From IMG/VR virus record IMGVR_UViG_2667527633_000005: 19,664 nucleotides of DNA. One strand, given 5' to 3'. The number at the start of each line of letters is the position of its first letter. The first letter of the stretch is position 1. The notes beneath the pieces are model-generated. The model ran no database searches and was not told the DNA's origin. It was given only the letters and a program-made list of their open reading frames with translations. This document shows, in pieces, positions 7,146 to 14,439 of the stretch. Source of the stretch: a virus. Its lineage: Duplodnaviria; Heunggongvirae; Uroviricota; Caudoviricetes. The translations under genes were made by a program, and so were the position numbers.

Positions 7146-7367
7146 TTAACTCGACTTATTTGATAGCAGGGCACTATTTATTGCGTCATTGAGTTTTTCT
7201 GCTGATTCATCAATAAGTGACAACAGGCCATAAGCAATATTTGCATCTTCATTGTCATTTATGCAATCAAGCCACATATTTAATATTGCTTTTGCTGAAT
7301 TATTTAAAGTTAATGAACTTTCTGCACATGCTAACAATTTAAAAAAGACTTCCCGTTCTGTATTCAT
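7146..7367 (-). CDS. hypothetical protein (73 aa), encoded in a visibly AT-rich segment
   Basis: ORF in the same operon string; local base composition is much more AT-rich than the flanking genes. Confidence 0.4.
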   Translation of the reverse strand: MNTEREVFFKLLACAESSLTLNNSAKAILNMWLDCINDNEDANIAYGLLSLIDESAEKLNDAINSALLSNKSS

Positions 7368-7559
7368 TTAATCCCCCACCAGCTTACTTTCTTCCTCAAT
7401 CAAAAAACTAGCGACACTTCCCGAAAGACGCGCCAGTAGGCTCGCCAGTGCGGATATATCAGCATCTGTAATTTTGTTCGGGTATACCTCAAGAAGGCGG
7501 CAAATAATTTCTGTCTGGTGCGCACGTTCAGCGGCTTCGTGTAATGTAATTTCCTGCAT
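7368..7559 (-). CDS. hypothetical protein (63 aa)
   Basis: ORF abutting its neighbours with no gap (7367/7368; shares nt 7559 with the upstream ORF). Confidence 0.4.
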   Translation of the reverse strand: MQEITLHEAAERAHQTEIICRLLEVYPNKITDADISALASLLARLSGSVASFLIEEESKLVGD

Positions 7560-7744
7560 TAATGCACCTCTTTTAATTCATACACTGCTGAAATAATGAC
7601 TTGTGATAAGCCATATTCTGATGATTCGCTTCTCACCGCAGCAATAGCCGTCTGAACATTAACAGCCTTCACATTCTGAGCGATACCAATTGTGTGGCCT
7701 ATTGGGTTAACAGCTCGGGCAAATACACGGAAGGTTTTAAGCAT
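7559..7744 (-). CDS. hypothetical protein (61 aa), first gene of the leftward operon
   Basis: ATG at 7744 preceded by GGGAG (6-nt spacer); lies immediately downstream of the divergent control region. Confidence 0.45.
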   Translation of the reverse strand: MLKTFRVFARAVNPIGHTIGIAQNVKAVNVQTAIAAVRSESSEYGLSQVIISAVYELKEVH

Positions 7745-8025
7745 GACTCACTCCCTGGCGGATTTTTGCAGCGAATACAGCAACACAACCGGACGGGCAA
7801 CGGCTACGCGCTTCGCGTTCCGTCCAGGCGGTTACGTGGATGATTTGAGATTCTCCGGCACTCAGTGCCAGAAAACGCCACACAAAGGCCGTTTGTGTGT
7901 GTACAAGGTGTGGTATATGATTTACAGCAACCATAACGGCTCCTAGTTTACGTTGTTGGTTAGACGCCCCGTATGTGTTCCCAGCACTGCGGGGCGTTGC
8001 TCTTTGTATTTCAACAATCCTTTCG

Positions 8026-8103
8026 GTGTGTTTCATGTTATGAGCGCATGAAACACACGTCAAGGCTTTTTGTATTTCTTTTTTTGTGTATACTGAAACA
8101 CAC
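8026..8103. promoter_or_regulatory. operator-like sites in the divergent control region: GTGTGTTTCATG-N9-CATGAAACACAC (8026..8058) plus a third TGAAACACAC (8094..8103) overlapping a TATACT -10-like hexamer (8089..8094)
   Basis: Perfect 12-bp inverted repeat read directly; located 20-100 bp upstream of the RHH gene start (8125, AGGAG RBS) and within the 380-bp gap separating the two divergent transcription units. Confidence 0.5.
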
Positions 8104-8124
8104 CGATGATTAGGAGTTTCAGAA

Positions 8125-8430
8125 ATGGCAACGGCTAACAAAAACGCAAAATCACAACTGACAACTGTCAGAGTCCCACTAGATGTTATGCAAGGGATGG
8201 AATCCGTTAAGCTGGACGGTGAAAGCAATGCCGGATTTATCGTAACCGCCATGCGCGGAGAAATAGCCCGCCGCCAAGCAGAAGGCAGCGGAGAAAATCC
8301 CCTTGTGTCGTCACTGGATGCCCTGGCTAAGGTCGAACAAATCGGCATCAAAGCAGCCGAGGAGATCGGGCAACTCGTCACCGTCGCGCGTGAAGAACTC
8401 CAGCGACGCAAGGTCAAAGAGCATGAATAG
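8125..8430 (+). CDS. ribbon-helix-helix (CopG/Arc-like) DNA-binding protein; candidate island repressor
   Basis: N-terminal LTTVRVPLDVMQGMESVKLDGESNAGFIVTAMRGEI has the strand-helix-helix pattern of RHH regulators; strong AGGAG RBS; transcribed opposite to the main island operon. Confidence 0.55.
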   Translation: MATANKNAKSQLTTVRVPLDVMQGMESVKLDGESNAGFIVTAMRGEIARRQAEGSGENPLVSSLDALAKVEQIGIKAAEEIGQLVTVAREELQRRKVKEHE

Positions 8431-8487
8431 CCAATATCAGCGCCATAGTTTGAGGAACGCAGGCGCATTGCTTTACAGGACAGCACC

Positions 8488-8667
8488 ATGAGCGACACAG
8501 AATCAACCAAAACACCATCACCAACTCGTAAGAGACGACGCAAAAATATAGCGCATGAACATGAATCAGAAAGATTCGCACCTTGTTCGTTTGCTCTTGA
8601 GAAATTCCTTAAAGAGCACAGGAAAAAGCTCTCGTTGCAAACCTTGGAACGAACCAAATCTGACTGA
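8488..8667 (+). CDS. hypothetical small basic protein (59 aa)
   Basis: ATG 8488 to TGA 8665..8667 (MSDTESTKTPSPTRKRRRKNIAHEHESERF...), below the ORF-track length cut-off; follows the RHH gene and precedes a strong terminator. Confidence 0.4.
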   Translation: MSDTESTKTPSPTRKRRRKNIAHEHESERFAPCSFALEKFLKEHRKKLSLQTLERTKSD

Positions 8668-8733
8668 TCACATTGCCCACCAGCCGCAAATGTGGCATTG
8701 TTGGTGATGCTTTTGTTTTCCCTTGTTCCCACT

Positions 8734-8765
8734 GGCGACCCTTTTGCGGTCGCCTTTGTTTTGTC
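8734..8765 (+). terminator. rho-independent terminator (GGCGACC-cttttgc-GGTCGCC followed by TTTGTTTTGTC)
   Basis: 7-bp GC-rich stem with T-rich tail, read directly; placed between the convergent plus-strand pair and the Bro-N gene. Confidence 0.6.
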
Positions 8766-9342
8766 ACTGAATGCGGTTACCAAAGTAAAACTCAGGCTGA
8801 TATTCACGTATCAGCGTTTTTTCTTCTTCCTCCAGCTCACGCTTTTTGCGCTTACATGCCTGTAGCTCCCTCCCCTTCTCGCTGGCACTTATTTGATATT
8901 GCTCTTTACGGCGGGAAAAATCCTGTAATGCACCCCACGGGATACCATAAGTCCCCGTTTTTCTGATACCTGGTATCACATTTCTGAATACCCAGTTACT
9001 GAAACGATGAGCAAATGTGCCAGGCGTCGTTGCTTTGCGGCTGCGGGCTATTAGTTTGTAGAAACCTGACTCAGAGATAATTCTCATATTCTGATTTCCT
9101 CCTGGGGTGTAAGTTAAATTTACTCCCTTTTCATCATCATCAAGCATCTGCAACGCCGTACGCGAATTGGTTAGTTCCAGCGCAGCACAAACATCTTTTG
9201 CAACAAACCACGGATCGCCGTTCAGATACACCACACGAACGTTCACACTATCAAAGCGCAGAACGACGAGATCACGAATATCGCAGAATTTTTTCACTGG
9301 ACGAGCGTACCCCTTGCCCGTCACGGCAATATTTTTATTCAT
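8764..9342 (-). CDS. Bro-N domain protein (phage antirepressor-like) with coiled-coil C-terminus
   Basis: N-terminal region (..NGDPWFVAKDVCAALELTNSRTALQMLDDDEK..) is typical of Bro-N/AntA DNA-binding domains; C-terminus is charged and heptad-like (RELQACKRKKRELEEEEKTLIREY). Confidence 0.75.
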   Translation of the reverse strand: MNKNIAVTGKGYARPVKKFCDIRDLVVLRFDSVNVRVVYLNGDPWFVAKDVCAALELTNSRTALQMLDDDEKGVNLTYTPGGNQNMRIISESGFYKLIARSRKATTPGTFAHRFSNWVFRNVIPGIRKTGTYGIPWGALQDFSRRKEQYQISASEKGRELQACKRKKRELEEEEKTLIREYQPEFYFGNRIQ

Positions 9343-9362
9343 CGCGTTTTTACCTTATAGAC

Positions 9363-9385
9363 AAAAAACCCCTCGTGATGAGGGG
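9363..9385 (-). terminator. rho-independent terminator on minus strand (CCCCTC-gtgat-GAGGGG; U-tract from the A6 run 9363..9368)
   Basis: Hairpin 9369..9385 directly downstream of the alpA stop (9399), followed on the minus strand by six U. Confidence 0.5.
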
Positions 9386-9398
9386 CATTATTTACTGG

Positions 9399-9656
9399 TT
9401 ATTGCTGTTTTGTTTTTCCAGGTTTCCATCCAGGATGCCACTCACCACGGATCCATGCCTGAACCTCTGAAAGTCGATACCCTGCAGCACGTTCACCGAT
9501 CTTGATACGTCGCGGGAATTTACCTGCCTGCTCCATTTTCCAGCGTGTTGAGTTTGCCAGCGTGGTAAGTGCTATGCACTCTTTTTCACGAATGAACCGA
9601 TCAATGTCCTTCATTGTGCGCAAATCGTTTTCATCAACAAGAGAATAAATTGCCAT
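9399..9656 (-). CDS. alpA: AlpA-family transcriptional regulator / excisionase-like protein
   Basis: 85 aa; ..CIALTTLANSTRWKMEQAGKFPRRIKIGERAAGYRLSEVQAWI is typical of AlpA (prophage CP4-57 regulator family); start is 2 bp after the integrase stop. Confidence 0.85.
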   Translation of the reverse strand: MAIYSLVDENDLRTMKDIDRFIREKECIALTTLANSTRWKMEQAGKFPRRIKIGERAAGYRLSEVQAWIRGEWHPGWKPGKTKQQ

Positions 9657-9657
9657 A

Positions 9658-10899
9658 TCACACCACCTCTTTATTAAGCTCGATAACGTTGTTGTTAAAT
9701 CCTGCTATCGTATTAAGGTAATTAACCCACATATTAAGCACCTCAAGTTTTTTCTTTATATGCCTGCTTTTATTGTAAACACCAGCAACCCCTTTCACTT
9801 TATGACCTAAAAGAAGTTCGACAATATAAGGATCCGCCCCCATATCATTAAGCGTAGTGGAAAATGTGCGCCTGAAATCATGTATGCACCACAAGCCATT
9901 AGTATCATGACCAAGACGCCTGCATATTCTGTTTGCAGCCCCTGTTATTGTCGCCCTTTGCAAAGCACAACCGACAACATAACCGCGATTTTTTGTTTCT
10001 GCGTAAAGATTAACGATCCATTGTTTTATTCCGTCAGGAACAGGCCTTACTATAGCCTCCTTGTTTTTGCTGTGCTCTTTTGGGACTGTCCATACCCAGT
10101 TTTTTAAATCCCATTCGTCCCAGGTGGATAGCCTCGCCTCCTGCTGTCGGCAACCAAACACCAGGCAGATAACCATTATTCTTCGGTTATATATTGATGA
10201 CAGAGTTAGCAAATTATTACCGTAAGCATAAGACCATACATCAGCGGTTTCATTGATATTAAGAACGCGATCCCTTATACCGGATGAGCGCCCGACATAA
10301 CTTACGTTAATATCTCCAAAGGGATCGCACGCGATGTATTGCCTGACGCGACAAAAACGCAACGCCTGTTTGATATCAAGAAAAATTGCACCAGACATAA
10401 CAGGCGCATTTTTTTTGATCCTGTCAAAGACGGTAAGCCATGTGTGTAATTTGCACTGTTCTATAGCCATATCACCGATATAGGGGAAGATATGCTTTTC
10501 AAATCGTTTTATTAAATATTCATGCTCTTTTCTGGCTGTTGTGGCGTGATTGTCGTACCAGTAAAACAGCGCATCCCTTACGGTCACTGGTTGCATAGTT
10601 TTTTCGGCAGCAAGTTTTATTTGCCTGCGGGGGTCCAGATTTTCAGCCAGCCATTCACGGCACTGATCACGCATGCGCCTGGCCGTTGCAAGAGACATGT
10701 CAGGATAGCGACCAAGTGTAAGCCATACCGGAGGGGATTCCCTGCCACCAAGACGATAGTAAAAAACAAAGCTGATCCCCCCAACCATGCTTACACGCAC
10801 AGACAACCCGCGCCCATCCGCTATTGTTTTTTGTTTGTCCTGCCGTTTTCCGACAAGACTCTTTAACAGTTTGTCACTGAGTTTGTTTTCAATAGCCAT
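9658..10899 (-). CDS. int: tyrosine site-specific integrase, P4-type
   Basis: 413 aa; N-terminal arm-binding-like region (LSDKLLKSLVGKRQDKQKTIADGRGLSVRV..FYYRLGG); C-terminal catalytic motifs HDFRRT..LLGH..GVY; GAGGG RBS 7 nt before ATG 10899. Confidence 0.95.
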   Translation of the reverse strand: MAIENKLSDKLLKSLVGKRQDKQKTIADGRGLSVRVSMVGGISFVFYYRLGGRESPPVWLTLGRYPDMSLATARRMRDQCREWLAENLDPRRQIKLAAEKTMQPVTVRDALFYWYDNHATTARKEHEYLIKRFEKHIFPYIGDMAIEQCKLHTWLTVFDRIKKNAPVMSGAIFLDIKQALRFCRVRQYIACDPFGDINVSYVGRSSGIRDRVLNINETADVWSYAYGNNLLTLSSIYNRRIMVICLVFGCRQQEARLSTWDEWDLKNWVWTVPKEHSKNKEAIVRPVPDGIKQWIVNLYAETKNRGYVVGCALQRATITGAANRICRRLGHDTNGLWCIHDFRRTFSTTLNDMGADPYIVELLLGHKVKGVAGVYNKSRHIKKKLEVLNMWVNYLNTIAGFNNNVIELNKEVV

Positions 10900-10919
10900 T
10901 AAAAGCCCTCAAGAGATTT

Positions 10920-10970
10920 GCAATACACACCCATCCCGATCGCCAATTTGCAATACACATTGCAATACAC
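10920..10970. repeat. right copies of the GCAATACACA repeat (10920..10929; 21-mer gcaatacacaTtgcaatacac at 10950..10970); candidate attR/arm-type or AlpA/Int operator sites
   Basis: Direct repeat of 258..278 (20/21 identical); located in the integrase promoter region. Confidence 0.45.
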
Positions 10971-11174
10971 AAAACCGCGAAAAACTGGAAGGGTGATGAA
11001 CGGTCATCAAAAGCATGGAAAACGACATTCCAGACGCAGCAAGGGTTTCAGTGGAGTTGGCGAACGATGCGGGCAACTACGGTGAGATGATAGACATAAA
11101 TCGCCTTCACAATGGCGCTCTGCAGCTGCGTGTTCTGCAGCGTGTCGAGCATCTTCATCTGCTNNNNNNNNNNT

Positions 11175-11468
11175 GCCGGTTTTAAGGGGTTAATTTCTTC
11201 AAAAGTCAAATCTCGCCCGCAATGCTGTGACGATGACGCGATGATCATTTGTGGATGTATGGCTCGCCTGAAAAAAAACAACAGCGATTTGCATGATTTA
11301 TTGGTGGACTATTATGTCGGCGGCATGACTTTTATGGCGCTTGCACGTAAGCATGGGCGATCTGATTGTTGGGTTGGCAGGATGCTCCAGAAAGCTGAGG
11401 GCGTAGTGGAGGGCATGCTGATGGTGTTGGATCTCCGATTGGAGATGGATGCTGATTGTTCGAAATAA
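11175..11468 (+). CDS. phage antitermination protein Q-like, C-terminal portion (N-terminus lies across the N-run 11164..11173)
   Basis: ..[68 protein letters not shown]..: Cys cluster plus a sigma-region-4-like HTH, resembling small lambdoid Q proteins (DLP12 QuuD type, from memory). Context supports this: a terminator about 100 bp downstream and a lysis cassette further on. The track ORF's MALCSC.. N-terminus across the Ns is probably not real. Confidence 0.4.
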   Translation, partial: AGFKGLISSKVKSRPQCCDDDAMIICGCMARLKKNNSDLHDLLVDYYVGGMTFMALARKHGRSDCWVGRMLQKAEGVVEGMLMVLDLRLEMDADCSK

Positions 11469-11566
11469 TTAAAAGAAAAGTTGCTGTCTGATTGTCATTA
11501 GTCTAACATTTTAAATGTTGGAATCGCAACGTAGTTATTATCATATAACAGCTTGTTTCCTGATTT

Positions 11567-11598
11567 AGCCAGCCTCCCCAAAGGCTGGTTTTTTTTCT
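11567..11598 (+). terminator. rho-independent terminator (CCAGCC-tccccaaa-GGCTGG + T8), tR'-like position downstream of the Q-like gene
   Basis: Hairpin 11569..11588 and T-run 11589..11598 read directly; a possible -35/-10 (TTGTCA ..TTAAAT) lies near 11495..11525. Confidence 0.55.
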
Positions 11599-11624
11599 AA
11601 TAAGTATCATTTCGGGTAGGGATT

Positions 11625-12149
11625 TTATTGTTTAACCCATAATAATTCATTGACATTGAATCCCAGCTTTTGAGCGGTTCGCACATAGTCTGCTTTTACT
11701 TTATCTGGAATAGTTGGGGTCCTTGCCAGAATCCATAGGTATTCTCTGTTCGGACCACTGACAAGAGCATACTTATACTCATCATCCAGTTTGATTACAT
11801 TATAGCCACCATAGAAGGGGCCAAAAAACGAAACCTTCAACGCTGCAGTTTTAGTATCTCCAGTAAAGTATGCTTTACCTTCGCTCTCGCTCCATTTATT
11901 TTTCGTTGGATCGTATCCACGGTTAAGTACACGAATCCCTCCGTCGTTCCGTTTTCCATAAGTAGCGCTGACCTGTTCCAGACCACGTTCGAACCGGTTC
12001 TCGAGGCGAGCTATTTCATACCATTTTCCGAGATAGCGGTTGGCGTCAAAATTTGTAATCGGCTGCACACCTTTAGGTGGTGTCGGGGCCTTACATGCTA
12101 TAAGAGTGAAAGAGAGTGCAATGCCAGTCAACACAGGCCATAACTTCAT
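11625..12149 (-). CDS. blc: outer-membrane lipoprotein lipocalin Blc
   Basis: Lipoprotein signal ..LTGIALSFTLIACKAP then NFDANRYLGKWYEIARLENRFERGLEQVSATY..GKAYFTGDTKTAALKVSFFGPFYGGYNVIKLD..YLWILARTPT, clearly Blc-like but only moderately similar to E. coli K-12 Blc; start set at ATG 12149 (AGGA RBS) rather than the track's 12209. Confidence 0.85.
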   Translation of the reverse strand: MKLWPVLTGIALSFTLIACKAPTPPKGVQPITNFDANRYLGKWYEIARLENRFERGLEQVSATYGKRNDGGIRVLNRGYDPTKNKWSESEGKAYFTGDTKTAALKVSFFGPFYGGYNVIKLDDEYKYALVSGPNREYLWILARTPTIPDKVKADYVRTAQKLGFNVNELLWVKQ

Positions 12150-12341
12150 AATAAATCCTGTACTTTTGATAGTTGAGGGTAAGTATGAAAGATAGATGAT
12201 TACGACCAATCACTTAAAGAACTTTTATACTATATTAGGAATAGTCCATAACAGAAAAATTGTCAGTGATGACGCCAGAAAGGCAATTTATTCCGTGCAC
12301 TACACAGTTTATCTGTTAATGAATTAGTCAAGGGGGAGGAT

Positions 12342-13301
12342 ATGATAAAAAAACCTGTGATTGGAATCAGCGGTTGTTTGGCCGGTTCTGCTGTTCGTTT
12401 TGATGGTGGTCACAAAAGAGCTGACTTTTTAATGGACAAATTAGTGGAATGGGTAACATTCAGACCAGTATGTCCGGAAATGGCTATAGGGCTGCCAGTT
12501 CCGCGTCCTGCTCTACGTCTTGTGCGCTCGACGCAAGGAAATATACGGATGTGTTTCAGCCACGACCAGAATGAGGATGTGACAGAGAGAATGACAGAGT
12601 TTAGTCGTTCTTATATGGACAAATTAAAGGATGTATCGGGGTTTGTGGTTTGTGCTAAATCTCCCAGCTGTGGCATGGAGCGCGTGCGTGTCTATGATGA
12701 AAATGGTAATCGAGGTCGTAAAGATGGAGTGGGACTATTTACGAGCACTTTGATGGAAAAGTTTTCTTGGCTACCGGTTGAAGAGGATGGGCGATTACAT
12801 GATCCAGTGCTTCGTGAGAATTTTGTTGAAAGAGTTTTTGCTTTGCATGAGCTCAATCACCTTTACAAGGAGAAATTATCAAGAAGAGAGTTATTAGCTT
12901 TTCATAGTCGTTATAAGCTTCAGTTGTTGGCGCATAGTCAGGCAGGCTATAAAGATATGGGACCATTTGTGGCTGCAATACACGAGTGGGCGGACCTTGA
13001 ATCATTCTTTGAGGTGTATCGTGATAAGCTGATGGCGATTCTCATAAAACCTGCATCACGTAAAAATCACACGAATGTGCTGATGCATATACAGGGGTAT
13101 TTTAGTAACTACTTAAGTACACGCCAGCGTAAAGAGTTGAGCGAGGTTATACTTAACTATCGTTCTGGCACATTGCCTCTTCTTGCGCCGTTGACTCTGC
13201 TGAAGCATTATCTGGGTGAGTATCCTAATGATTACTTGCTTACACAGAATTACTTCGATCCCTATCCGGAAGAACTGGCTTTAAGACTGATGGTGAATTA
13301 A
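12342..13301 (+). CDS. DUF523 (TudS-like) / DUF1722 fusion protein
   Basis: N-terminal domain with three spaced cysteines (GISGCLAG, PVCPE, SPSCG) as in DUF523 [4Fe-4S] proteins, C-terminal half YbgA/DUF1722-like; strong RBS AAGGGGGAGG; AT-rich gene. Confidence 0.6.
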   Translation: MIKKPVIGISGCLAGSAVRFDGGHKRADFLMDKLVEWVTFRPVCPEMAIGLPVPRPALRLVRSTQGNIRMCFSHDQNEDVTERMTEFSRSYMDKLKDVSGFVVCAKSPSCGMERVRVYDENGNRGRKDGVGLFTSTLMEKFSWLPVEEDGRLHDPVLRENFVERVFALHELNHLYKEKLSRRELLAFHSRYKLQLLAHSQAGYKDMGPFVAAIHEWADLESFFEVYRDKLMAILIKPASRKNHTNVLMHIQGYFSNYLSTRQRKELSEVILNYRSGTLPLLAPLTLLKHYLGEYPNDYLLTQNYFDPYPEELALRLMVN

Positions 13302-13780
13302 CTGTATGCGATATCATCTGAAAGTGATGAGTTCCTGCATGCAGGATATTTACAATCGTAAAAACTACACTATGATACCCATAGTGTCAGTTTGTATAAA
13401 AATCCTGTTCACGCTGAAGAAAATATTGAGATGCAATTTAATGTTGGTAAATATACCAGCCCCAAAATATTTTATTCAATCTGTTTTTATATAAAGATAT
13501 TTCAAGCGAATATTAAGAGCATATAATATTATTATTGCACGCAGCTATTATAATATAACAGATTAGTTTAATGATTTTTTGCGAGTTAAACACATGCTTT
13601 TATAGTTGTGATGCAATGAGATTTTCCTTATTGTTGAACTGGCGAATATTGATTACCCACCTATACTTACCTGGTGTAACCCCAATGATATCAGGTGGAT
13701 AATATGCCATACATATGTTCTATGGTGATGCCTCTAATTAGTTGAGTCTGATGTATAATACGGGCTTTTGAGGTTATCTC

Positions 13781-14053
13781 ATGGCCAGAGTTAATATTCA
13801 TTGTCCCCGTTGTCAGTCAGCTCAGGTTTACCGCCATGGTCAGAACCCTAAAGGCCGTGACAGATTTCGCTGCCGTGACTGCCACCGTGTGTTTCAGCTC
13901 ACTTATACTTATCAAGCACGTAAGCCGGGTATGAAAGAGCGGATAACTGAAATGGCCTTTAATGGTGCCGGGGTTCGCGATACCGCCAGGACACTGAAAA
14001 TTGGTATTAACACCGTCATCCGGACTTTAAAAAACTCGCGCCAAAGCGAATAA
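13781..14053 (+). CDS. insA: IS1 transposase InsA
   Basis: MARVNIHCPRCQSAQVYRHGQNPKGRDRFRCRDCHRVFQLTYTY.. has the same zinc-finger/HTH pattern as IS1 InsA ([45 protein letters not shown].., from memory). Confidence 0.85.
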   Translation: MARVNIHCPRCQSAQVYRHGQNPKGRDRFRCRDCHRVFQLTYTYQARKPGMKERITEMAFNGAGVRDTARTLKIGINTVIRTLKNSRQSE

Positions 14054-14439
14054 CTTCTTCGCCTGTTGCCCATGCTGATGTGGCGCTTATCTGCGAGCTT
14101 GATGAGCAATGGAGCTACGTTGGCAGTAAAGCCCGGCAACACTGACTCTGGTACGCGTACAACACCAAAACAGGCGGTGTACTGGCCTACACTTTTGGTC
14201 CCCGAACCGATCAAACGTGCCGGGAGCTACTGGCACTGCTTACACCCTTCAATATCGGCATGCTGACCAGCGATGACTGGGGCAGCTATGGCCGGGAGGT
14301 GCCGAAGAATAAGCATCTGACCGGCAAAATATTCACCCAACGCATTGAGCGTAATAATCTGACGCTACGCACCCGTATTAAGCGGTTGGCTCGTAAAACA
14401 ATCTGCTTCTCACGCTCAGTTGAGATCCACGAAAATTAA
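14029..14439 (+). CDS. insB: IS1 InsB segment (-1 frame; expressed as InsAB' by programmed frameshift at TTAAAAAAC 14027..14035)
   Basis: -1 frame encodes ..[73 protein letters not shown].., matching the IS1 InsB catalytic region; ends at TAA 14437..14439, earlier than canonical InsB. Confidence 0.7.

Larger units (their letters stand above)
258..10970 (-). mobile_element. integrative phage-satellite-like island (int, alpA, pri, ori, ssb, gpE/gpD-like capsid genes, lambda-type cos, Nu1-like terS); boundaries approximate
   Basis: Gene content and order as listed above; flanked by 20/21-bp direct repeats; no tRNA gene at either end; no portal, protease or large-terminase gene within the block. 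Confidence 0.6.

Noticed and set aside
7737-8807. 356-aa minus-strand ORF spanning the divergent control region and the RHH gene
   Set aside because: Ser/Cys/Arg-rich low-complexity translation; antisense to a plus-strand gene that has a strong AGGAG RBS and a clear RHH motif; crosses an intergenic region full of operator-like repeats and hairpins.
180-11110. tRNA gene as integration target next to the P4-type integrase
   Set aside because: I could find no tRNA-like cloverleaf sequence at either island end; the flanks instead show the GCAATACACA direct repeats.
11112-11174. N-terminal part of track ORF 11112..11468 (MALCSCVFCSVSSIFIC + XXXX)
   Set aside because: It is joined to the Q-like C-terminal region only by assuming the N-run is exactly 10 nt; the sequence is low-complexity Cys/Ser-rich. 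The true N-terminus is more likely in another frame (e.g. MIDINRLHNGALQLRVLQRV.. from 11087) or within the gap.
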